Positions 53,367 to 64,000 of a stretch of DNA of 64,000 nt are shown here, piece by piece; the stretch's first letter is position 1; every line of letters starts with the position of its first letter. The notes below the pieces were generated by a model, which worked only from the letters and a program-made list of their open reading frames with translations, did not search any database and had not been told where the DNA came from. The position numbers and the translations under genes are program-made. Source of the stretch: Octopus vulgaris (taxonomy: Eukaryota); the NCBI GenBank assembly GCA_951406725.2, contig OX597840.1, positions 37,076,001 through 37,140,000 on the forward strand, given 5' to 3'.

Positions 53367-54577
53367 TAACCACAGCCTTCTTTCAATTCCCTTCGTGTAT
53401 AAATAGGTGCACACACGCACACACACATCATTATTTGTTTATGGCAAATGTCACTGAATTCGCTCTGAAAATCTCGTATGTTACTTGTTGTCAGTTACCG
53501 AATGGGATCCCCACATTCCAGAGTAATTCGATGGAATGCTGATACATACGGAACTCCCTACAACTTGGGATAAATATAATAATTACGAAAATGATTTCTG
53601 AATGGGTATATATTACTACAGGAGTTCAAATTTCCTAAGGCCTCCATAACCGATAAATGTAACTGTGGAATGTGTATATTTATATAAAGAATGTGCCACA
53701 GACGTCCCCGAACGAGCAGTCGCATGTCTCTCTATATTATACGGAAATGCTGATAGAGCAAATGCTACCCAACATGGATTATTTAAATTGCCATCAGCCT
53801 CTAAAGGCTGTGTCACCAAACATCAATTACAACCAGCTCCATATAAGGAGAGATTATCTGGAATATCAAGGCCGAGATCCATTCCGATGTTGTCATTGAT
53901 TCGTCTTATATTGTAATACCCTTCAGGTTGTTAATCATCTTCCGTGAAAACCGTTAAATCAAACATAAAGGGAGGGATTTATTTGACCTTAGTATTCTCT
54001 GTCGTCATGTTTTGTATCATTCAACAGTTTGCTTTGATGAATGAGAGCCACGCGACACAGAATCACCTGGAAAACTGCTACACTTTCACCTGAATAAATA
54101 TGGCATTAAGGAAAATGTCAAACTTATAACCGGAAGTTTGTTCCGAGGCAATGCATAATATTTCAGGCACATTTACCTATAACTTCATCTGTTACTTTTC
54201 ATGCTTCCATATAATTTATACATTTACCTCTTCACCAGCCTAAGGTACCAGATTTATATTCTTCCAAACAACGGTTACAGACTCTGCGAGTAATATCTTT
54301 TTGTTCTATCATGTTCATCAGTCTATATTCACAATGATATATACATTTTTGCTATTGTATGGTCTATCTACCTACCTATCTATGTATAGCAATATTGTGT
54401 TCCATTTTTCACAATCGTTCGAAGAGCGATACCGTGAATCTGGTACCAGCCTATGATTTTCCAGCTTCGAATATATATCGTATGGTTCCAAATCCTTCCT
54501 ATTTTCACACATAAAAAATCTAACATCAACATCTGTCTTTATCTTCTTACATACAGTATACATACATAGCTATACTT

Positions 54578-54641
<64 letters not shown>

Positions 54642-54659
54642 ATAATATGTTACAATTAC

Positions 54660-54793
54660 TCAATAGTCAAGATAAAACTCTGAGTTTCAGATGCCGAAGT
54701 GGAAATCCACAACACCATCTATTCGTTTTTAAATTTCCTCTATTTACATAATATTGAGGTCTCTTTCTTTCTTTTGTTATCTTACCGATTTTA

Positions 54794-54797
<4 letters not shown>
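54660..54797 (-). mobile_element. Short (TA)n-embedded repeat with a decayed hammerhead-like motif
   Basis: Minus strand: agatg..gtgga tt tccac..catct-GAAA-ctc a gag-TT. Stem III is the same as in the 4715 motif; the CUGANGA part is eroded. Confidence 0.45.
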
Positions 54798-54846
<49 letters not shown>

Positions 54847-55764
54847 TTGTGTGTATGTATATATATACACACATACACACACACGCAATTACACATACGC
54901 ACATATTCACAAATATATATATGGGAATACTCGAGAAACTCCGTGAAGTAAACGAGGCTGTGTCTTCCAAAATGGAGGCGAACACCTTTCTCTATGCAAT
55001 CACCTTGAAAAATTAAGACACTTAGTTATTTTCCTACGCCAGTTGTAGCCTTAATTCGCGTATATAGAAATTATATCCACCAATACTGTATTGAGCACTC
55101 GTCTTCATCGTTCGACAGTTACGTATATGTGTGTGTGTGTGTACTTGCGAGTGTATCTATGTGTATATATACATATATATAGTTGCTTTTATTCATATAA
55201 ACACATGTGAATATTGATATATGTCTATATAAACGTATGTGTTTATATATGAACACAGTTACACACACACACACACCTACATAGGTATCTGTATACATTT
55301 ACTGTCATGTTTATCTTACATTTTTATGTATCCCGAAATACCACACACTAAAATCTACTTTGTTTCCGTATTATTTGTTGATTAAATCTTAAATAAAATA
55401 TAGATGATATCCGATAGTTCTACATTGATGCTATCTCAAAATAATACCAAAATTAATGTCTTCTGAGTTTCAGCTATTTTCTCTACTGTTTACTTTCGTT
55501 GCAGTTGTAGCAGTTTTTCTCATAATGAACAAACTCGGTTCTTGCTTGTATCATCTTTCCCGTGGCTACTCTGTCCGTTGAGCTGGCTCGTTACGTGCAA
55601 ACAGTTGGTTCGGTGAAGAGCTGTCTCATCTTTATTTGTTTTGCCACTTGTATTCCATCAGCCTCATGCGAACTCCTAAGCAGGCTCTGCACGGGTATGA
55701 GACGTTTTATCACAACCATTTTCCAACGATATAGTACCAAGAGTAAGAACTTTCTCGCCAATAT

Positions 55765-56335
55765 CATTGGTTTCAAATTCGACACACGGAGAGCATTTTC
55801 GAGGGAAAGGCTAAGTTGATTCCATCGACTCCGGTGCTCAACAGATAATTAATTTACCGACCCCAAAGCGATGAAAGACACTGTCAACCTCGGCGGAATT
55901 TGAAATCAAAGCATAAGCACGGACGAAATACCGTTAAGCATTTTGTCCGGCATGCTAACGATTCTACCAGCATAACGCGTTACCTCGCCGCTTTACCCAC
56001 CCCTTCAATAATGGTTTCAAATTTGGGCCCAAAGCCAGCAATTCCGGGCGGGGGGTGGGGGTCAAGTCGATTACATGAATCCTCGTGCTACACTTGTACT
56101 TATTTTATCGACCTCGAAGAGATAAAAGGCATGGTCGATGGTCGACATCGACGGAATTTGCAGGGTTCTGTGCCCAGCGTAGAAACGAATATTATTATCA
56201 TTATATTTCAAATTCCGCCGAGGTCGACTTTGCCTTTCATCAATTCGGGATCGATCGATAAATTAAGTATCAGTGAAACACTGCGGTCGATGTAACCGAC
56301 TTAACTCCTCACCACAAATTTCAGCCCTTCGGAGG
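55765..56335. mobile_element. Three SINE family B copies (two minus, one plus)
   Basis: 55765-55990 (-), 56008-56160 (-), 56205-56335 (+). Confidence 0.8.
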
Positions 56336-57245
56336 ATTATTATTAATGTTATTACTACTACTACTACTACTACTACTACTGCTACTACTATTATTATTAT
56401 AAGAACAACAGCAGTAACAATAATATAATATGCAATTACGATAATAAAATATGACAATAATATCGTCAATATTAAAATAAACAGAAAGACAAACATATGA
56501 ATAAGAAGAACATTAACGGATTATTATACAGAAATATATTAGTGAAGGCAGCAGAAGCAATATGAACTGTAGCAGCGCCACCAAATCCATAACCACCGCT
56601 TACATCATCATCATCGTCACTACGACTATCACCCCTACCATCACCACCAGTGCTACCACCGCCACCACCATTATCAACGCCATCACCAAGATCACCGCCA
56701 CCGCTAATACAATAATAAAAAAACAACTATAACAGCCAGAAAAGCAACAACAAACCACAAAATTACTTTCTATTTTCAGGCTTCAGTGACTTTCGAATAT
56801 CGAGCGAGATTCTTCGCCGCTCCTCTCCATTCCATTTACCAACCGAAGCAACTCAATCAACCTTGACGGTCTCTTCGTAAAAACCGTTTGATAGAAGAAA
56901 AACTCATTAGGGGCTGGGAGAGGATAACGAAGATTTCTAAAACGCTTAATTAATTAAAGTCATTAGTGTTGAAAGAATATCCATGAACTAAAATTCTGCA
57001 GAGATTTCAAATGGTGGAATATGTTAATAATTTCCATCTACGTTAGCGTATTCTGACCCAGCTTTCAACATGGCTTTTCAATTCATATTGCGTGCTGCTG
57101 TAACTTGCGTATAGTCCTACTGCGTGTATATGTATACGCATGTACACTTAGGCATGTACATGTATTTCTATTTATGTGTATGTGTGTATTCTTGTGTGTG
57201 CGAATATATATATAAACGTATATTTTTCTCTCTATATGTATAAAT

Positions 57246-57301
<56 letters not shown>

Positions 57302-57499
57302 GCCTATAACTGTTGTATTGAGTGGTCTTTTAAATCACTATTTTGATCTACTTTTTATGTATATATTACCCATTTTCTATGTATTATAAAGGTAAATCTA
57401 ACTATCTATCTATCTAACTCTCTATCTTTCTCTCTGTGTATGTAGTTGCCTTTTTCTAGTTCTATATACACGAAGATATAAACACTCACAAATACGCGC

Positions 57500-58190
57500 A
57501 CGAATATCATATTTCTCAGAGAAACATTATCCGCCCAATTTTCAGCAAGTAGCGTCTTCTGCTCAATGTCCAAATTGGACAAGGCGTTTCATTAGATTCC
57601 TTTTAATATTACTTTTGCCCAATTCACTTCGAAACGAATGGAAGATTCCCTTCAGAACAGCGTCTGTGTTCAGGTGGTTGATATCGGAAGCCTTTGAATG
57701 AGATTTCACTCAAACCTAATATTCCTGAAACACATCATTTTTAATTTTTAATGTATTGGTATGACACACGATACAGGTCCGTATGGCGGAGAAATTCAAC
57801 GAATAGGGCTCAGCGATTCAACCAATATATTTACCATAATGCTGGTTCGTATTTTACACGAGGTTATTGCAGATTTGGAGGGAGATTATTCTATTTCCTA
57901 GAGAATTGCTGTGAAATTAGTTGATTTTAAAGGGTTCTTCTTGAATAATATTTAAATAATTTTTGTCTCGGTAAAAGCATGATTGTCGTCCATAAAGTTT
58001 TGATAAACGATCGGTCTGAACAGATTCAGCTCTCCGCCTTGGTGACTCTGCGTTTTGATTATGGTGCTGCATGTAGCTACGCGTAAGTGACTAGTTCTTA
58101 TTGGCCACTATCCTATGAAAGATCTCTACATTAGATCAGCCACAACAACACAAATTGTTAACTAAGAAAAGATTTAAATCGCCAAGTGGA
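57500..58190 (-). pseudogene. Highly decayed second DD37D/maT-like transposase
   Basis: Fragments resembling F.DKKLF, NQHY, GPVSCHT and KASDINHLNTDA..NWAK occur in the expected order. Confidence 0.45.
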
Positions 58191-58279
58191 TTTACCTAAA
58201 GGCATTTATGGATGCTTCGAATCTGAATGCAAAGAAGTCGTATGTATGTATGTATGTAGGTAGGTAGGTATGTTATGTA

Positions 58280-58555
58280 TGTCATTATTCAGATTAGTGC
58301 AAGATTCCTTGCCAATAAAGAATCGGGTTCTAACATAGATCCATGATTCCTTCAGTGGAATTTCAACATCAATGACGGGGGTATTTTTGTATGTATGTAC
58401 ACGATGGACTTCTTTCCGCTTCTTTCGACCAAATCCACTCACACGTCGTTGGACGGCCCGAGGATATATTGGAAATATTTGCCCAAGGTGGCACGCAGTG
58501 GCACTGAAACCCGGAACCAAGTGGTTGGGAAGCAAGCATCTCAACACACTCACGC
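58280..58555 (-). mobile_element. Second copy of the 24155 repeat followed by a family A SINE 5' half
   Basis: 58280-58390 matches 24155-24268; 58400-58555 matches the family A head. Confidence 0.7.
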
Positions 58556-59989
58556 ATATCTGTGAGTGTGAATGTATGCACATGTATAATGCACACACAC
58601 ACACATACACACACAGACACACACACACATATATATATATATGTCCCCTCTATGTTTAACCCATTGTGGGTAATAAAGAAAAATAAAAATATATATGTGT
58701 GTGTGTATACAATATATATGTGTGTGCGTGTGTGTATCAATATAATAAAAATACAAATGAATTAAAATTTCACAAGAGCTTTCACGGTCGCGTTTATATT
58801 AATGAATAATTTGATTGCATCGTGGAAAAAAATCGTTTACATCAGGAGAATTAAAAATTCAAAATTTCGTTCGGAGGTAGAAAAAAAAAAAGATATGAGA
58901 TGCGGATTGAACCTCCAATTTTGGCATCATAGAAGAGAGACGCCAGGGGTCAGTGGGCCAAAAGACAGACTACAAATGACAATGTTGTTACAATCTTATT
59001 TATAAGAAAGACAACGATAATTCTTATAAGGTTGTTTTGATGAGGAAGTTTTTTTGGGGAAAATATAGTTGCGGTTGCTGATTATGATTATGATTATATT
59101 TATCGTGTTGCTGCTGCTGTTGCTGTTGATGAAGATGAAGGTGAAGAAATGTAGGTGGCAGCTGAGTATAAATGTGTTGATGAAGTCATGAAAACACGTT
59201 CAAAAGAAAATTCCCGCTCATTAAGATGATCGTTCTTCATTCATTTGTGGTTACTTTTAAGTTAAAAATTAGTAATTCTACTTTGGAAATTGTTCTTTCA
59301 ATTTTATTATTATTATTATGACTTTTATATTTGCTATTATCATGATTGTTGTTGCTGTTTTTATTGATGATGTTATTTTCATTAATATTCATCATCATCA
59401 TCATAGCTGTCTCGATACAATACACCTCTTCTTCCTCCTCCTCGCATTACAGTTTTCATAATCGATTGGTTTCCTGCGTCGGCGCATTTAAAATCTGACA
59501 ATTGCCTGGATTTGAATCCCTTCACAGAATTAGAAGTAAGAGTATAAAGACCAGCAAGGCACACTTCAGTTCGTCTCCAGTCCACCCTAGATGCTCTGTT
59601 AATACTGCTAATTCACCGTCCCCGAAAACCGAAAGTGAAAATTGACGTCGATGGTATTCGAAATCAGACTTGTTGAGTGTCGAAACGAATAACTTGACGT
59701 AGACGACCTGGCGTTTTAAAAATTCTTCCAGTTCACCTTATTAATTATTCAAACTTAGTAGTCAGAGAAATACCGGATCTGAATGATTCCTTGATTGGCT
59801 CTAATTAGCAGACATTGTCCTCCAATGTTTATATCTAGCGTTTCCTTCTAATTTCATTTTCTTCATTTTATTTCACTGCACCACACCCACCCCTCTTTTA
59901 CAACCTGCCCAACACCTCTTCACCTGTTGCCATTTACCGTCGTCATCGTAGTCGTCATCGTCGTCATGATGAAGCTAGTACACGCTAAT

Positions 59990-60460
59990 TTAATCAGCAG
60001 GAATGTTGTCGTGAGGGTTGGTGACAACAAGTCTCCTCAAATCTCAAAAAATCCTTCCTTAGAACTCTCGCAGAACATAGAATGGTAATTTTCCGCAGAT
60101 CGAGAATATCAGTTTCAGTTCCATTCTCTTTCTGTCTCTTGGGCAGCATATTCGCTGTTCTAAAAGCTTCAGTTATCATAAGAGTATCCGATTCCTTAAT
60201 TTTCCACAATCACCCCACTTCTCTGGCGAGATATTCCTCACTTGTTTCACTTTCTTTGTTATTACAGTCTTTTGCTTAGTCTATGATTTACACTCTTTAT
60301 TTTGTCCGCAATAATCATATCTGGTTTTCTTGCTTCAACAGTATGGTCAATCTTTATGGAGAAATCACAGAAGATCCTGTAATTCACCCACTAACCTATT
60401 ATTTCCATCTCACACACTCAGTCTTTCTTTTTTGTCATCCATGTTGGCCTTTGTGTCCAA
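59990..60460 (-). mobile_element. R4/Dong-like RLE endonuclease fragment
   Basis: YRIFCDFSIKIDHTVEARKPDMIIADK...DLRKITILCSARVLRK. Confidence 0.8.
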
Positions 60461-60759
60461 TAAAAATAAATAAATAAATAATAATAATAATATTAATAAT
60501 AATAATAATAATTATTATTATTATTATAATTATTATTATTATAGTCTTTCACCTTTTCTGTGTCGATAAAATATAGTCCCTGTGAAGTACTGTGGCCGAT
60601 GTACTCGGCTAACTCTCTCCCATCAAAATTGGTGATATTCTGCAGAATTTTCACTCCTCCTCTTCGTCCTCCTGCCCGTACGCCTCCTCCCACCATCATC
60701 GTCACCACCACCACCATCATCATCACCAATCATTACAAAGTTATTCAATACTTTATTAG

Positions 60760-61130
60760 CATCTCATGTCGGTGTCCAGTGACTGCAAGTATCTTCAAAC
60801 GCATGAAATCTTAGGATGTTTGCAGAATAAAAGATGGCGCTTTCATGCCGGTCGACAATGCCAGTCTTAATTACAATATCCTTAGCTGTTATACTAATTG
60901 CAACAATTATTAAGGAAATAATTAACATCTTAGATTTCCACACTTTCTTCCTATGTTCGGGCAGGCCCTGCTATTTCCCAATTTTTTGAATTTCTTTTAT
61001 TACCAATCTGTTATCATATAGTAATACAAATTCTGCCATCTTACACTGTTTGTTTCTTTTGTCCTCTATAATTATATCTGGCCTCCTTGCTTCAGTAAGT
61101 ATGGTCAATCTGCATGGACAGTTCAAGATT
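60760..61130 (-). mobile_element. Second, older R4/Dong-like RLE fragment
   Basis: EARRPDIIIEDKRNKQCK...AIFYSANILR. Confidence 0.65.
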
Positions 61131-61830
61131 TGGGCTATTGGACACCACTATCTATTGTGTTCTCCCTTATATATTCACCCAAAGAACATAGGTTGAAAAC
61201 GCATGTATTTCACTACTATATCTAGCAGATCGAGGCAACATTAGAATCAGTCTCTATAGCATATATGAGATGACGGCGCGCACTCACACAGACCCTCACA
61301 CACACACAGAGTGTGGTTACACGATACGAAACAAAATCAATTCCGACATATTGGCTGCTTGTCCGACACATTTTTCCTAGTATCGTGATATCTTCAACAG
61401 TGCAGACCTAACTGCTGAATGATAAACATCTGGCAGAATGATGAAATAAATCGAAGCAATATTCTCGATTCTTCTTTAGATCAGAACAATTGCGAAGTTG
61501 CTAGATGCGCTATCTGTTTTTAATCATTACTATTGCAGAAATTAATTCACAATTCGCCACTTCAGCAGAGGCGTCTTGTACAAAAGTCTAATTTATTAGC
61601 GATTCTAAGTTTCGGTATTTTGTGTTTTTTTATTGTTCTTCATTTCAATCTTGATATCGCAGAGTTCTGTGCACAAGAGGCGCTTTTGCTGACATTTGAA
61701 CTGAAAGCTAAATAAAAATATAACAAAACAAAAGGAAAAAAAAAAGAAAAATAGAAAAAAGAGATGAACAGAAACAGTGTTACTGTGCATACTAATATCT
61801 AGAATATATAAAATAATATATATACACACA

Positions 61831-61878
<48 letters not shown>

Positions 61879-62308
61879 TAAAATAATATATATACACACA
61901 TACATATGTATATATATATATTTAAGTCTATCTATATATTCATACACACACATGGATATTTATATAATATGAGTGTAGGTATGTGTGTGTGTTTGTAGTA
62001 TGTAAATTTATACTGCAATAGAATTTTTAAAAAGTGTGCAGTATACCTTTCTGTAGGTGTGCGTACACGCTACTCACGTATACGCATATGTACAGAAATA
62101 CGTCACACATATACACACATACACACATGCAATCACCCCACCCACATATATACATGTAAATTATATATATATATGTATATTTATATGTATATACATATAT
62201 ATATATGCGTATATACATAGATATATTTACAAATAATAATATATATAACTACATATAAAAATATATACGATATGCACACATGTATATACACCGAGAAAGA
62301 CAAGTACG

Positions 62309-62355
<47 letters not shown>

Positions 62356-62684
62356 CACGTGTGTTTGCGTACGCGTGTGTGTGCCCGTATAATTGGAAAT
62401 TAAGAGAGAATTAATGAGCTAATTTATCAATACACGGATGGTTGTTTCTTAAAGTGGAACTAAAAATAAGATAAACAATATATATAACAATGCTTAAATG
62501 TACAAGTAGAGCATCTCTTGTCTTTTTCTCCCTCCTTATTTCACTGTGTTGGCAGAGAAGGCGGTGGACGATCGCGAAACGTTCGTTGAAAGAAAGAGAA
62601 CAAAAAACGAAAACAAAATGCAAGCGCTATTCGCATAACTTAATTTCACTTAAGAATGGAAGTAAATGGCTTACATGCGCGCGC

Positions 62685-62735
62685 ACATACACACACACAC
62701 ACACTAAACAAACATATACGGATACATGTATTTAA

Positions 62736-62773
<38 letters not shown>

Positions 62774-62850
62774 TGTATACTCATACGCGCGCTCACATAC
62801 ACACACACATATATATATATATATTAGATACGGGCATACACGTATTCATA

Positions 62851-62884
<34 letters not shown>

Positions 62885-63141
62885 CTTATATATATACATA
62901 TATATGTTAATATACACATACACACACTCAAATACATATATATTTGTTGGCACTATATATGGCTATGCATATATATATATATATATATCTGTACATATAT
63001 ATGTATGTATATATATGTGTGTGTATATGTCTGTATATATATATATATATACAGACATACATATACACACACACACACACATATATATACATATATATGC
63101 ACAGATATATATATATATATGTGTGTGTATATGTCTGTATG

Positions 63142-63173
<32 letters not shown>

Positions 63174-63179
63174 GACATG

Positions 63180-63243
<64 letters not shown>

Positions 63244-63275
63244 CATTCATATATATGCACAGATATATGCATAGC
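62685..63275. repeat. Compound (TA)n/(CA)n/(TG)n tract
   Basis: Read directly. Confidence 0.95.
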
Positions 63276-64000
63276 CATACATAGTGCCAACAGTTGCGCA
63301 CGTCGTATACACACAAACGCATTCGCCCGCGTACGCACTCTTCTATTTCAAATGGTTTTTCTTTTTACCATTTTCTTGTCGGTTTCTCTGTGAATCCGAT
63401 TCTTCCTTTCTTATCTTTTCTTTCGTGCATCTCGTTTCACACCACCAAATATCAGCAAATTCATAATTATCAGCCATCATCATCACCATCACCATCACCA
63501 TCATCACTATCATTATCACGAAAATCGTCATCATCATCAGCACCAACAACACCCACAATAGCAACTTCATTACAGTACCGAAATGACAGTGAACATAAAC
63601 CACTCTATATGCCCCCCACCTCAGCATTATACAGATATTTTCTTTTGTAAACACTCTCCGTTTACGTCTGCGTTTTTCATGTGTCACTGGAGAAGAAAAC
63701 TAACCCATGTCGTGATCAGAACACCATTTTAAGGATTCTGTCTCTTTGTTATCCTGATATTCCTTATTTTTATTTTTCTCTGAACCTTAATGGTCTCAAA
63801 TTCTCTACCTTTTTGCATCACCAGCACTTAATACTCTCCAACGATTATCCTTTCGCTTTTGTTCAACTTTGACGTTGCCTGTTCTATCATTTCACACTGT
63901 AAAAGCATTAACGACTTAACTAATTAAAGATTTTTTCCAAATTTCTGACAACCAAATCGACTCAGAAAACTATGGCCAGCCCGTAGCTGTAGTAGAGGAC

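Noticed and set aside
53440-54540. Complex sequence block with short ORFs
   Set aside because: No motif I can support; probably an old decayed transposable element.
56472-56726. Gly/Asp-rich ORF
   Set aside because: Decayed (CCA/TCA)n triplet repeat.
61605-61710. Minus-strand acceptor with FKCQQKRLLCTELCD (CXC-like)
   Set aside because: Too short, cysteine pattern incomplete and no donor site.

Overview
Eukaryotic, AT-rich, microsatellite-saturated DNA. The repeat inventory ((TA)n/(TACA)n/(TAA)n tracts, tRNA-derived SINEs, R4/Dong-like, RTE and Penelope-like retroelements) strongly suggests an octopus (coleoid cephalopod) intron or intergenic region; the organism call is an inference. I see no intact host gene, and almost all listed ORFs are translation artefacts of simple repeats. 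Recognisable elements: several SINE families, two DD37D/maT transposase relics, a mariner MITE, a hAT end, a Gypsy integrase fragment, an RTE reverse transcriptase fragment, a bipartite non-autonomous RTE element, seven R4/Dong-like fragments, and a decayed Penelope-like element split by a complete non-autonomous Helitron. Two observations stand out. First, several short microsatellite-embedded repeats carry minimal type I hammerhead-ribozyme folds, the best three with a non-canonical CCGA core, and all lie on the minus strand. Second, a minus-strand AG|GTAAGT recursive-splice-like site is followed by a 49-nt exon and bracketed by an inverted SINE pair. Coordinates of decayed elements are approximate and all family assignments are by eye.
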